A DNA stretch of 64,000 nt from Fimicolochytrium jonesii (Eukaryota). This document shows positions 30,298 to 44,082 of the stretch, piece after piece. The stretch is taken from the NCBI RefSeq assembly GCF_025526975.1, contig NW_026515670.1, forward strand, positions 186,001 to 250,000, in the 5' to 3' direction. Position numbers and translations under genes: made by a program. The stretch's first letter is position 1, and each line of letters starts with the position of its first letter. Under the pieces are notes generated by a model. It was not told where the DNA came from and did no database searches. It saw nothing but the letters and a program-made list of their open reading frames with translations.

Positions 30298-31753
30298 ATG
30301 ACGCCAGACTCTCTCAAAGATCCCGCCCTCGACGCAACGATCTACCTCGTCCGCCACGGGGAACGCATAGACCAAGTCGACCCCAGCTGGGTTATCGATG
30401 CCAAAAACCCATACGATCCACCCCTCACAGATCAAGGCCTCAAACAAGCCCAACGCAGCGGCGAGTTCATCGCCTCAGATCTCGCCAGATCTCAACACTC
30501 AACCTCAAACACACACCGCAAAATCATCGTCCTCTCCTCCCCCTTCTACCGCACCCTCCAAACCGCCACCTCCATTATCAGCGGCCTCGGTAACTCAACC
30601 GCCGAGAAACCACTCCTCGAACTCTTCCCCCCGCTCAGCGAGTGGCTCGCATCAGCCTACTTCCCCACCGCCATTCCCCACGATCCCTTCACCTACGCCA
30701 ACCGCGCCGGCGAATTCGCGTTCCTCAACCCTTCAAAAACAGAGTTTCCGGCGCCGTTGCCACCTTATCCGGAAACGAAGGAGGAGATGCGAGCCCGGTT
30801 CCTCGCGGCGGTGCGATTGGCGGTTGGGGAACATTATACGCCCGGGTGTGTGCTGATCTTGGTCTCGCATGGGGCGGGATGTCAGGCGTTGCCGGAGGAG
30901 ATGGCGCGCGCAGGGGCGCTGCATCCAACCGACTTGTCATTACCGAGGACTGCGTACTGCTCTGTTACGAAGATGGTGAAACAGAAGGGCGAGCGGGTGT
31001 GGACGGCGCCGATTGTGGCGACTGTGGAGCATCTTGGGGAGCTTTTGGAGGATAGCGGGTTGGATTTTGTGGTGGGGTATAAGGATGCGAAGAACCCGGC
31101 GGCGGAGGCGCAGATCGCGAAGGAGACTGCCCAACGACAGCCATCACCCTCATCGGCCACGATCCCCGCAGCAGGCGGCGACACCACCGCCGCCCAAATA
31201 AAGAAATACGAATCCTTCGTCAACGACCGGCTTCGCGTCGACTTACAAAACACCCTAGACGCTCGAGATAAAGTATACGAGACCATTTCCGAGTAGTAAG
31301 TAGTGCGTTTTTGTACCCCATGTACTATACCCCTTGTTATAATGAACAATGAATACCTACCTTTTTCTGATCGATTACGTAGTCTGAAACTCCGCAACCA
31401 AATAGAACTCCTCCAAACCCAAAACCTCACCTCACTCAAAACAATGATGGACGTCGGATGCGAGTTCTTCATGCAGGCCACCATGTAAGTCGCCTTTCCC
31501 AACTCCTCTTCCATGACCCCAACACCTAACGTCCCCCCTCTCTCCCCATAGACCGCGCTTGGATCAGATTACGGTGAAAATAGGACTAGACGTCCACGTC
31601 GTCCTAACACTCCCCGAAGGACTCATGTTTATCGCAAGGAAGGAACAGGCGTTGGTGAAGGTTGCGGACAGATATACGAGCAGGGCGGCGGATTTGAAGG
31701 CGCAGATTAAGATGGTGTTGGGGGCGATTGAGGCGCTTTTGGAGGTTGGGTAA
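30298..31753 (+). CDS. Histidine phosphatase (PGM-like) fused to UXT/prefoldin-alpha-like domain (3 exons)
   Basis: LVRHGER, DPPLT, SSPFYRTLQTA and LVSHG, then YESFVNDRLRVDL..YLKLRNQI..MDVGCEFFMQA..VKIGL. Introns 31296..31382 and ~31485..31551. Confidence 0.8.
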
Positions 31754-32103
31754 GGGGGGACGGGGAGGGGGTTGGAGCGGGGTGTAGGGGAGTCGGATAG
31801 CCGTAATGTTAGGGGAGCGCGGGGCGGAGAGAAGGGGTGGGGATAGAAGGTATCGCATGATGGATAACTTATTTTCACAATTTTGTAGATATGCATGGTT
31901 ATCTAGATGGGGGATGTGGTCTTGCATGGCGGACACAAATCATAGGTAGTTGTTGCTAGTCGCTGTCCCGAAGGAGCTGTGCGAAGGGGAGACGCAACCC
32001 CCGCGCGTTTCTGTGAAGCGTCACTCTTGCGCCAACTGCTCACATCTACCCCCCAGCATCACCAAGGGAAGAAGACCATCCAGAAGCACACTCGCCAACA
32101 ACA

Positions 32104-34649
32104 ATGGCCTACTTCAACAACCCCTGGACCTACACCCACGAGCGCGAAGCAGGTCTCTACCGCTCCCTCCCTCCCGTCGCATTCGGTAAGTCCCTCCCTC
32201 GCCCCGCCCCATTCGTGGCTTACCCCATGATCTCACCCGCCATCTGACACCAGCAAAAGCGTCCCGCAACTCCACCCCGCTCCTCACCCATCTCACCCAA
32301 ACCCAAACCCTCCGCGCCCACCGCGGCTGCGTCAACGCCCTGTGCTGGAACGCCACGGGGGATCTATTGATCTCGGGGTCGGACGATAAACGGCTTTGCG
32401 TGTGGAAGTACGCCCCGGGGCCCGCTTTCCCCGCCTCTGATAGCGATGAGATCGACTACCCCACCAAGCTGCTGACAACCATCTCCACGGGCCACCGCGC
32501 CAACATCTTCTCCGTGAAGTTCCAGCCGCGGGATGATAGTGTCGTTTATTGTTGTGCGGGGGATGGGTATGTCAAAGTGGTGGATCTGGAGTTGACCGAG
32601 GGCAGGGAGGGGGGCAGGGTGAGGGAGACGTATGGGTGTCATTCGGATCGGGTGAAGCGGATTTGTGTGGATTGGAGGGATCCGAAGGTGTTTTTGAGTT
32701 GTAGTGAGGATGGTGGGTTGTGTCATATCTGCTAGAGCGGTGGTGCGGGGGGGGGGAGGGGGGTCATTTGCAAAGTGTATGGGGAAACTGATGATTGGTT
32801 TCATATGAGTGTAGGAACAGTCCGCCAATTCGACACCCGTGTCCCGCACACCTGCCGCACCCGCCAACGCACCCCAACCTGTTCCGCCCCGCTGATCAAC
32901 TACGCCCCCAACCGCATCTACCTCAACTCCCTCTCCCTCTCCCCCCTCGACTCACGCTACATCGCCGTCGGCGGGGACAATCCGTACGTGTACATCCACG
33001 ACCGGCGAAACGCGTCCAAGTGCGTCGCGAGGCTGATGCCGCCGCAGGCGATGGAGGAGAACAGAGGAGTGCAGGTGACGAGTGTGAAGTTTAGCGAAGA
33101 TGGGAGGGAGGTGTTGGGGAGTTGGACGGGGTACGGGGTGCAATGGTTTAGTATGGATGGGCTTACTGAGAAACCTCGGGAGAAGACGCACGCGCATGCG
33201 GCGCCGTCGAAGAAGAGGGCGCAGGAGGGTGACTCTCAGTATGCGGGTGTGGGGGACGCCCACCATGGGGATGGACACAGTCCCGTGAAGCGATCGAGGA
33301 GGAGGAGGAGTGGGGAGAGTCTGGCGGGTGGACCGATGGATGTTTCGGCGGCGTCGTCGGCGGAACCTACGACTCACGCGGCGGAACCGGAGAGCGCTTC
33401 TCGAACCACCCACACGCATACGACTGCCACTGCGGATCCACTCCTTGCAGCCATCGGTGATCCGACCACAGGCGAGCCGACCCTCGCGAATTTATTCAAT
33501 GGGACCTTTGACCCGAACTTGGACGTCGGTCCCGCGGACGAAGAGGACGAGGATGACGAAGTAGACGAAGAAGAAGACGAGGAACGCTACTGGCACTGGT
33601 CCACCGAAGACGAAGAAGAAGCCGCCAGCGACGACGAAGACGAAGATCAAGACGGGGGGTCCTACACCACCACCGAAAGCGAAGCCAACTCCACCCACTC
33701 CGACTTCCAAACCCTCCACGATCCACCGTCCACCGCTGAACCCACCACCACCACCACAACAACAACAACAACAACAACATCCCACCCAACCCGCCCCATC
33801 CCCAAACGAAACCGTACCCCGCACACCCACACCCCTGTCCTCCCCCCCCTCCAATCCTACACGACCCACACCAACATCCAAACCACAAAGGACACCAACT
33901 TCCTCGGCACCACCCACGTTGTCTCCGGGTCCGACGACGGCACGTTCCATATCTACGATAAGCTGTCCGGGGAGCTGTGCAATCTGTTGCAGGGGGACGG
34001 AAGTGTGGTGAATGTGGTGGAGATGCATCCCTGCGGGGGTGCGGTGGCCGTCAGCGGGATCGACGAGAGCGTGAAAATCTTCGAGGCGGTTTACCCGGAC
34101 CGGGCGCGGAGGGGGGTGGAGGAGGTTGGCGCCGGAGCCGGGCGGCAGGATGGGGAGCCGCAGGGTGCGGGGGGTCCTACATTGACGCAGGGTGCAGGTG
34201 GCGGGAGGGCGAGCCTGCGCCGCCAACCGTCCCTCGCGGAACAGTCGTTGAGCCAGACGGAGCGATACGTCGGCGTTCTGAGAGGCATGGCGGGGGAACC
34301 ACCGGTCCCACACGACACGGCATCGGCGTCCGCTTCTTCATCCGACCCCGACCCGATCCCCTCACCCACCCACCTCCTCGCCACACCGTTCACGTACCTC
34401 ACCACCACCACCACGGTGTCGTCGATCCCTTCCCACCCGTCGGCCCTCCCGCCGTCGTCCTCCCTCCTCCCCCACGCCCCCCGCGTGATCGCACTCGCAA
34501 GGGAACACGGCCGGAGAACGGCGGGCGGGTTTCCGTGGAGCGTGCTCAGGGCCCTGCTGAACCAGGGCATGGGCGGCGATGCTGACGGGGGCGGGGGCGA
34601 GGACGAGGACGGGATGGGCGGCGGGGAGGAGGGGTGTGTTGTTATGTAG
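32104..34649 (+). CDS. WD40 DDB1/CUL4-associated factor, DCAF6/DCAF8-like (multi-exon)
   Basis: HRGCVNAL..LISGSDD, TGHRANIFSVKF, HSDRVKRI, SCSEDGTVRQFD, HTNIQTTKD, VSGSDDG, SGIDESVKIF. Confidence 0.88.
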
Positions 34650-35448
34650 GTGGAAATGTCTGAATCGTAGTTTTTTGGTGAGAGCGGTCCGGGTTTGGGT
34701 GGGAGGAGATAGGGCATTCGGGGCCGGCTGTGCTATGCTATGGCATACACCTCACTCGATCACCACCCCGTTTTGAGCAGTGCTTTTGGTGCCGGCTGAG
34801 TAGTGGTTTTGTACATATGTGGCTGTCCCATATACCCTCTTTCTGGCCTCGTTTCTGGTGGGAACTACTGGGCCACAGCGAAACAGCTGTGGAGGCGTAA
34901 ACATCGGTCTTACAACCGTCTCTTTTATTTCGTGCATCGTTGCGGAGGAAGCCACCGCCAGCAAAAACGGACCCGTCCCCTGCTATGTGGACGGGCTGTA
35001 GCGTAGACTGGTGTCCCGGAAGTGCCGGGCTTTGATTGTCGGGCAAGCGGTCCCTGACGCGTCGTGTCATCGCCCCATTCAAAGTTCCGCCACTGCGGGC
35101 TTTCAGTTTTTTTTTTCCGCAACCGCTCTTGGAAGAGACGGGTGACCTAGCGTACAGTGCATAAAGGGGAGATCTAGACGCTTGTTCCGCAGGATATTTG
35201 CGGGGGGAGCAATTGGGGAGGACGGTCGTCTGGGTCCGAATGTTTGCAGCTGTTTTCATTGACGTGGATATCATTATGATAGCATAGCCCGGCCTCGATT
35301 GAGGATTCAAATTCGGAGGGGGGGGAGTCCAAAACGTGTTTTTGTAAATTGTCTTTGTCTACCACGTCCACCGCTAAATGTCATTCCAACAAAGCACGGG
35401 GGGAGGATTACAAATGTCGGTGTCCCCGCAGCGTCTACAAGACCCCCG

Positions 35449-36531
35449 TCAAACCTCCACCCTCGCGCTAAAGCTCTCCGGCACACCCTCCCTCAACAAC
35501 CCATCGACCTCCTCGGCGCCGCGCTCCGCCTCCGCGCCGACATAGCGCTTCACGCTCCGCTCGCAGGCCGCGCGGTCGTTGATCCACGGCCCGGAATCCC
35601 ACCCGGCGGTGTGGTCGATGAAGAGGCGCGCGAAGGTCGGGTGGATGGCGAGACAGCCGGTGAGGATGCAGTCGATGTAGGATTGCGGGATCGGTGTGCA
35701 CGGGGTCGGTGTGTGCGGGGCCGCCGGTCGCATGCACGCGCTTGTGCGGGACGACGGGGGCGGGAGCTCGTACACCCACACGACGACGGGCGCGGCCGGG
35801 GATGTGGATGTCGTTCCAAACGGGTGTGAGATGGTGGGTGGAGATGGCGGGGTGTTGAAGTGGAGGATCTCGATGTCCTCCACTCTGAGCGTTCCGCGGA
35901 CGTAGTCCTTCTCGCGCTCGTCGAGCATCCGGAGCTCGGTGTCGGGGTCGGACAGGGGGATCAGCACGCCGTTGCATCGGGCGGTGGGGGAGTCGGGGAT
36001 GCGGCGGACGCCGACGGCGGTGTAGGATTTGCGGGCGCATTTGTAGGACCAGGAGCGGTGCAGGCCGCGGACGACGGCGGGGATGGCGTGGGTGGGTGTG
36101 CGGACGGTGCGGAGGCGCGAGTGCGGGTTGATGAGGGAGCCGTAGCCGAAGAGGTAGTGTTGGGGTTTTTTGGGGGGTTGGACGAGAGGGAGGATGGGGA
36201 AGGGAGGGAGGGATGGCGGTGTGAAGGTCGCGAGGATCGAGAGGGGGTTGTGAGTGGCGAGGGAGGATTGGTGGTGGGTCTGGGTGTGGTGGGACCGGAT
36301 GTGTTGGCGGAGTGGGCGGGGTTTGATGATCTGGAACTGTAGGTGGTGGCGAGACATTGCCGACGAGGAGGACGATGCGACCATCGCGGTGGTAGAGACA
36401 TCAAGAGACTTTCCACCTCTCCGACCTTTCTCGACCACGCGCGAATGTCTCGTGGCGGTGCAGAGGACGGGGTATAAGAAGTCGAGCCACGGCTGTGCGG
36501 TTGTGGGGCGGATGTGCTGGACGGTCGCCAT
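35449..36531 (-). CDS. Gamma-glutamylcyclotransferase-like protein (start uncertain)
   Basis: YLFGYGSLIN, CNGVL, LDEREKDY, PIPQSYID. Confidence 0.8.
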   Translation of the reverse strand: MATVQHIRPTTAQPWLDFLYPVLCTATRHSRVVEKGRRGGKSLDVSTTAMVASSSSSAMSRHHLQFQIIKPRPLRQHIRSHHTQTHHQSSLATHNPLSILATFTPPSLPPFPILPLVQPPKKPQHYLFGYGSLINPHSRLRTVRTPTHAIPAVVRGLHRSWSYKCARKSYTAVGVRRIPDSPTARCNGVLIPLSDPDTELRMLDEREKDYVRGTLRVEDIEILHFNTPPSPPTISHPFGTTSTSPAAPVVVWVYELPPPSSRTSACMRPAAPHTPTPCTPIPQSYIDCILTGCLAIHPTFARLFIDHTAGWDSGPWINDRAACERSVKRYVGAEAERGAEEVDGLLREGVPESFSARVEV

Positions 36532-37245
36532 GCTGACTGTGGGGGTGGATTGACGACGACGGTGGTAGTGTCGATGCTGGCGGGCGGTCGAGGATTTGAC
36601 TTTTCGCGGGGTTGGGTATAGGTGACGCATTGGCGGAGAGAGCGCGAGAGAGAGAGCGAGTGAGAGAAATGCGAGCGAGCGTAATGGCACAGAGGTGACA
36701 GGTTGGAGTTGCGGTGTGTGTGCTCGAGATCCGGACGTCTACGGAAGGCGGGGAAGTGGCGAGGGGGGGGGGTATATATGAGAAAAGGGGGTTGTGTAGG
36801 AAGGAAGGAAGGAAGGAAGGAGGAGGGCTTCTAGAAACGACGGTCCGATATAAGTCCTGTGGAGGGAGTGCTACTAGTAAGATGGCGCACGCAATCCTCT
36901 CAGAAACCGTATGGGAGCTGTCAGTCACAGGCGCTTCATTGCCGTCACAGCGGCTGGATTGCGCCATTTCACGTCTTGTTGACTGTAGGCGGCGGCGGGT
37001 TTGCACGCACAGCGGGTCGGAGTGTGGATCCCTCTCTCTCTTATGACTATGCTCTCTCTTAGTACTTACTGCAAGGCGCCATGGCCAGCCAATCAGCGCG
37101 CGTCTGAGGTTATGACACACCCTCCAGAGGGACACAGTCCCCCCCATGTCGCGATCGGCGGCGCGCATGTCGTGCCCCAGCCAATCAATCCATCACATTC
37201 GACAGCGCGTTTTTGGCCACCAGGAGTTGCGCTGTTCCACAACAT

Positions 37246-37700
37246 CTACTTGAGAAAGATCGAGGCCGCCATCAAAGCTATGAGAACGTACGTAAGGTTG
37301 TTCCCCTCTATCGAACTACTAAACAACAGCGCCCCGAATGCAATCCCCTGCAAGACCGGGAACGCATACTCCCCCACGACCCGCCGATGCCGCACGACCA
37401 TCCAAACAGGCCCCGCAGCGATCCCTCCCACCAACGCCAGCCAAAACAGTCCCGTCCACACATGCTTCACCGCCGCCTCGTCCGTCACGACCGCCCATGG
37501 GGATCGGTACGGCAGCACCTCGCAGACTTGGATGCCGCGCAGCGGGAGGTGCTGGCAGAGGCGGTAGCCGAGCGCCCGCAGGCCGTAGAGGAGTTCCGTG
37601 GGGGTCGGAAACGCCAACAGGGTGGGGTCGATGGCGAGGGTGATTGGGAGCTTCTCGGGGCTCTTGCGGAAGGTGTTGGCTTGCACGCATGCGAACCCGA
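37246..37700 (-). CDS. Hypothetical membrane protein fragment
   Basis: Hydrophobic segments (WTGLFWLALVGG, LQGIAFGALLF, LTYVLIALMAASIF). Gene structure unresolved. Confidence 0.35.
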
Positions 37701-38146
37701 CGAGGGCGGCGACGAGGCAGGTGAGGGATCGCTTGTCGGTGTGAGGCTCTGAGGGTTCGGCAGGGCGATGCCCGCCGAGCGGCTGGCCTGCTCCTCGCGC
37801 TTGGTAGTAGGTGTTTCGAGACATTTGAAGCACTATCATGGAATTCGTGTCAGTTTCGGTTCGTTGCAAAGACGGGAAGCTTGATGTAATATGCCTTTTT
37901 CCGAAAGGACACGACTGTCTGGAACTTTATATGAGGTGCTTCGCAAGCTTCATGGTCAGTGGGCGTACATGCATGCGATATAATGTCGACCTCATGAAAG
38001 GAAAGTATGTCTTTCAGCGGGTTCCTCCAAACAAAGGTAAATACCGGACAGCCCTGTCAGCACAGTGCCACAATATGCAAGCCGGAAGGACACGAGGTGC
38101 CTGGCCTGGCACGGCACATCGCAGCAAAAGAACCACTATGCAGTAG

Positions 38147-41100
38147 ATGGATGTATCACTCTGGTAACTCTGATAAGTCAAGTAACTGTGCCTGGTTATC
38201 GGAGTGCATTCGCGCGTTTCCCCACAATGATGTCCGAACGGGAGAGAACACACACAATGGTTCTATTTACGTTCTCACGCAAAAAGAAGGCGGGCCTCCC
38301 AAGATCATCCTGTGCCAGCACAACGCTCTCCCAAAGACAAGCACACGCATACAACGAGCACTTGATCCACTAGTCGGCCCCTACCCATGTTTGCAGCACG
38401 CCGACAGCCCGAGCAGACCTCCAGGCCCAACATCCCAAAGCGGAAGCCGCGCGGAAAAGACGACGGGAGTCCCATTGTAAGTACATCCCTCAACGAGTCC
38501 CCCACCTCACACTCGACTCGCAGCCTTCTTATAACGGGTGTTCATGTTTGACAGCTGCAACTGGAACGAGTCCTTGGTCTAACAGCCAACAAACCCACCA
38601 GCCTCGCCCTCAACCCCCATCTCGAGTCCGACACGGTCGCCTATCCCGCGGGCGGGGTCGTCGTCCTCTACAACCACCGCCGCAACCGGCAGGTCGGCTT
38701 CCTGCACCACACACCCGAGGCCGAGAAGGGGGCTTCGACACGGCGGGTGGGGCAATCGGGCGCGAAGCTCGTGGCGTGCTTGACGTATAGCCCGGACGGG
38801 GAGATTCTGGCGGTTGGCGAGGTTGGTGCGTAACTGCTCACCCTTGAAGCGGATTTTGGGGCGGGGGATGAAAAAATCGAGCGAGCGGGGGGCGCTGATG
38901 GGGCGACTTTTGCTTGACTGTAGGCCGGACATAACCCGAAAGTGATACTGTGGAAAGGGCCGACGGTGGTTGCGGAATTGGTTGGGCATAAGTATGGGAT
39001 TGCGGCGTTGGCGTTCTCGCCGGACTCGAGGTTCCTCGTCTCGGTGGGATATCAGGTATGCGGCGGTGTTTCCCATGTGCAGCCACCACTCTCGCGATGC
39101 CCGTGTGACGTCTTACTCGGGGTATGGTTCGTAGCATGATGGCGCCGTGTACCTGTGGAACTGGCGGACCGGCCAACGACTCGGGTTCAACAGGATAACC
39201 ACGAAGGTAAATGGACATGTTCGGGGGGGTCGTGCCACGGGCCAAACCTTGCTGAACGCGTCTATCGGACCCGAAACAGGTGCATTCAGTGGCATTTGAT
39301 CCGCAAGGAGAGTTTTTCGTCACGGCGGGCGTCCGACATATGAAGTTTTGGAATTTGGACGTGGTCAAGCTGACACAGGCGCTCAAGGTGCGAAAAGGGG
39401 AGAGTCGCACGTGATGGCTTAGAGGGGCTGGCTACTGATGCTATCATGTTTCCACTGTGCCGACAGACACCAAAGCTCGTACCGATGGCATTAGAGGGCA
39501 CGTTCGTGTCGACGCCCGGGCATAAAGTCGGGGCCTTCACCGACGTTGCGTGTGTGACGGGGCCAGAGGGGCTGACGTACACATATGCCGTGACGGAGGA
39601 AGGGACGTTGATGTACTTCAATGCGGAAAAGCAGATGGAGAAGTGGGTGGATATGCGGGTATGTCATTCACACACACTAGGGATCATGTTAGGCGGCGCA
39701 TAGCTAAGGAAAGACTGGTCCAGGTCGCTCAAGGACGTGCACTGCACGTTACGGAGAAGTACATTGCATGTGGAGGCACGGATGGGATCATTCGGCTTTT
39801 CGACTCTACAAACCTGCAGTACATAACAACTCTCCCACGACCACACGCTCTTGACGTTGAGCTGCATACAAGTGCTCCATCCATGTAAGTCAGGAAAAGC
39901 AACGACGTATCTCACCCGCGAACTGGCTCACTCATCTACGCGTAGAGCCTCGTCTGGCTGGGCCGACGTCGTATCGCTGCAGCTTGATCCTTTAAGCCAG
40001 AAGCTAGCGTGTGTCTACAGCGACCGCAGCATGTACATCTGGGACATCACCGATACGAAGCAGATTGGGAAATACAGGAGCTTCTTGTGGCACAGTGATG
40101 CCATCTGGGGCGTCGAGGTATACTTACACATCGTGCGTCGATGTAACATTGGCGATCTGGGTAGGCTGACCCACCGTTGCATTCTAGATGGCACCGTCGT
40201 CGGATAGCACCTTGCATCTCCGAGGTTCCGCCCTGGGCCTACCGCCGCATACCTTCACAACATACTCATCCGACGGGACGGTACGCTTCTGGAACCTGGA
40301 CCTCGCCGCGCGCAATGGGGAAGCGGAGCCAACGACCGAAGATGCGACGGCTGTGCAGCGCTACTTTCGGGAGAATGTGTACTCGAGGGAGTTGATGCGG
40401 GTTTTGTATGTGGATAGAGCTGGCATTATGAAGTTGAAGGCGTCGACTATAGGTGCGTCATGAGGATCCTTGATGTCCAGGGAGCATGATGATTGGTGTT
40501 GGTGAATCTGATGTCAAAACTGTTACCGTTAGAACCGGATGTCTCGGCGCCAAAGACGGGGATAAGGTCGTTGCGGATAACGGCGGATGGGAAGTTTCTG
40601 GCTGCGGGGGATCGGTTGGGCAATGTCAGGTATGAATGGCGCCCTGTGTGGTTTCTACGAAGGATATGCAGACGCGAAGTTTTTCCCGAAACTCAACCAT
40701 CGTCGTCTTTTTAGAGTGTACGAGCTTACGACTTTCCAGGAAGTGAAGACACTGGAAGCCCACGATGCGGAAGTCATGGCGATCGATTTTTGCATCGAGC
40801 GGGAGTCTGGTAGATGTTCCAAACATCCATATTTGTATCACGGCCAATTCGGCGGTCTTCTAACGCCATTCTTCCCTTCAGGTTCCTTGCTGATGGCGAC
40901 GGCAAGCCGGGACCGGTTGCTTCACGTCTTTAGCGGCGATATGGATTTCGAGCTGATTCAGACGCTGGATGATCATACGTCTTCGATTACGTGTGTAAGG
41001 TTCGCGGATGGGGGGACTAAGTTGATTAGTGGGGGCGCGGATAAGTCTTTAGCGTTTCGGCAGATCGACGTAAGTTACATCAGATTGCAGTTTGATCCGA

Positions 41101-43561
41101 GAACATGGGAAAGCTCACTCTGACATCTCCAACATTGCTTCCGCTGATAGCCCGCGGCCGGCTTCCAAACCTACCACAACGCCTCGGGCCGTCTCTCCAT
41201 CTACGACCTCGAGATCGACCCCGACTCCAAATACGTCGCCGCCGTCTCGCAAGACCGCCGCGTGACCGTCTACTCCGTCGCCACCGGCAAGGTCGTGCGC
41301 GCCTACAAGCCCGAGCTGGACGACACGGGCCCGGAGGGCGGGTACAACAAGCTCTCGATCGACCCCTCGGGCCTCTACATCGTCACCTCGGCGCTGGACC
41401 GCGCGATCCGGATCGTTGATTTCTACTCGGGGATGTGTGTCGGGAAGGTCCCCACCGGCCACTCGGAGCTGGTGACGGATGTGAAGTTTACGATGGATTG
41501 CACGCGGGTGGTCTCGACGAGCTCGGATGGGTGCGTGTTTGTGTGGAGGGTGGCCAATCGGCTGGTGAATCAGATGCTGGCGAGGCTCGGACGCGCGCCG
41601 CCGTCGCTGGCCGGGAACACCGACGAAGGCGAGAGCAGCAGCGGAGGGACCTCGCCGCTGCGGAAGACGAGCGTGGGGCAGGATTCCGGCGAGGGAATGG
41701 AGCGGGAAACCTCCTCGTCCAGCTTGGCCGCGTCGTGGTATGAGGACTCGGAGTTGCCGGCGTGGGCGCGCTCGGGCAGGAGTCGGCAGTCATCCACCAC
41801 CACAACCACAACCACAACCGCATCGGAAGCCGGCCGGTTCGTGGCCCCCAAAGGCCGCTGGGCGCAACGCGTCGGCAACGAAGGCGTCACGCTCTTCTCG
41901 GAACTGGAGGACGACGACGTGTGTGTCGCCCGCCCGGATGATACCTCGGAGCGACGGTACACGTTTGATGTGCACGAGAGTCCGAACCGCGCGATCGAGA
42001 AGATCACGGATGCGCCGTTTGTGGCGAGACCGATCATAGAGGGTGATCAGGAGACGGTGCGACGCGCGGGGTCCGAGAAGGCGGATTTGGTGGTTGTGGA
42101 TTTGGAGAGTGACTTTATGAGTCGGATCACTTCGGGGCCCGCTTCTGAGGATGGGGATGGGGAGGATGGCGAGGACCCGTTTGCGGCAAGGTTCAAAGCC
42201 GCTGATGAACCTGACGAGCCCGAAGACGCGCCGATATACCTCCCTAAGAATGACGCGGATGACCAAGCGGGGACCGGTGACTCGCACGTGGTTCATATCT
42301 CCCCCGCTTTGCAGAAAGGGGACCCCTCGGAGCACGAGCCGAAAATGGAGCGGGAACCTGTTGACGAGGAGGACGAAGACGCAGACTCGGAACCGGTATC
42401 CATGACCGCGACGGAGCTCCACGAAGCCAGTCTCGAGCTGCAAGACCATCCAGCCGCGCGTACCTTATCCCCTCCCCCATCATCATCATCCTCCATTACC
42501 ACCACGCGCCAAAGCCTCTCAGCTCGACACATTGCCGCACGCTCCAACGACCCGGTTCTCGAACACGTGGCGGAGATTCCCCTCCCGAGCACGGCCGCCC
42601 CCTCGGAGACGGGGAGTACTGTCAGCACGCCGGCGTCGTTGAGGCAGCGCAAGGAGGCGACTGCACATGAGGTGGAGCGGATGAGGGTGAAGTTGGCCGC
42701 GATGGGGATTGTGTGGCGGAATTCGGAGGGGGATGGGTTGGAGGTCGATGGGGGTGGTGGTGGTGGGGTCAGCGAGGGTAAGGTGGAAGAGGCCTCTGTG
42801 ACGCCGCCAAGGGGGCATGCTGAGTCGGTGGCTGGGGAACCGCCGAACGTGCCCTTCGAGGGTGCGGAAACGAATGGCCAGGACTCCCGCCCCGACGTGG
42901 TGATCGCACCCACCGACGCGATCACCCCAGAACAATCGGACGCGGATACCAGCACGCCTGTGATCGAGAATCCCCTCCGGACCGCCACAGAAGCCGCCGA
43001 ACATGCAGCATCGCGGAACCGGTCCCGCGATCGGTCGCCGCACCGTTCGCGGCCGCGGAGTCCACCGCGGTCGGCTGCTGATCGGGACGTGATTCTGCCG
43101 ATGCTTGGGGGGACGGAGAGTAGTGGGATTCCGGCTGATGGTATGTATCTTTCGCGAAACCCTGTGTTTTCAAAACAAACTTTTGAACCTGGTCTCATTC
43201 TTTGGCTTCAGTGCATGCACCAACAGGAACGTCTCCCGTCCCATCATCGCCCCACCGCGACACCGACGACGACACTCCACCCCTAACAACCCCCGACCTT
43301 GCATTCTTCGAATCAATAGCCCACCGCGCCGTCAGATCGCTGGCCCAGCTCGCCCAGCATCCCACCGCCGACCCCGACATCGCATCCGCCACGGATATCG
43401 AGTCCGCGCTGAGACGTGTGCAGGGGGTTATTGAGTCGTATCTACAGCATGTGCGGGAGACGGGGCAGCGGCAGGGGGAGGGCGGAGGCGAACTGAGACG
43501 GGTGCTGGAGACGTATTCGGAGGTGCTTGTTGGGCTTGTGAGGGGGAAGTTGGGGGGATGA
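38147..43561 (+). CDS. MAPKBP1: WD40 protein of MAPKBP1/WDR62 family (many exons; start approximate)
   Basis: LERVLGLT, VAYPAGGVVVLYN, YSDRSMYIWD, HSDAIWGVE, LEAHDAEV, ASRDRLLHVF, LDDHTSSIT, GHSELVTDVKF, YSEVLVGLV. Confidence 0.85.
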
Positions 43562-44082
43562 CGGGGAGGGGTGCGGGGTAGGGAATGAAGGGGGGAAGGT
43601 GGGGTATACCCGGGGATGGTTCTGCAGAGAGGTGTGCGTATGTGATTGTTATGGTTTCGGGTGAGGGCATGATTTGGAGGGTGCCGTAATGATATTCTGG
43701 AGTGGTGTATTTACGACCTTGCTTTTTGACTACCCCCTGCCCTGTTTTTCTCATATCCCTCCACGAAAACTCAGAACCCTCAGAATGGGCAAGAGCTTAC
43801 AGATACGGTTTATATTGGTAACTTGGTTTTTCTGTTGCTTCCCAGTTCACATCCCTCGCCGACAACAGAACTCGTTGCAGAAACGCTTTTCATTGTATAC
43901 AAATCGCCCAACGGGCATATGACCCAAAGTCCAGAGGAGAATGCATTCCCTCGTCAAGCCTACGCTACGGCCGGCGCTGTCCGGGCATCCAAAAATGTAA
44001 AAATATGCTGCCTATGGCCCCTTTATGGAGCGGGGGTATACTACGAGCGGGGGGGTGGGTATGCGCTCGGGTATATGACTGT

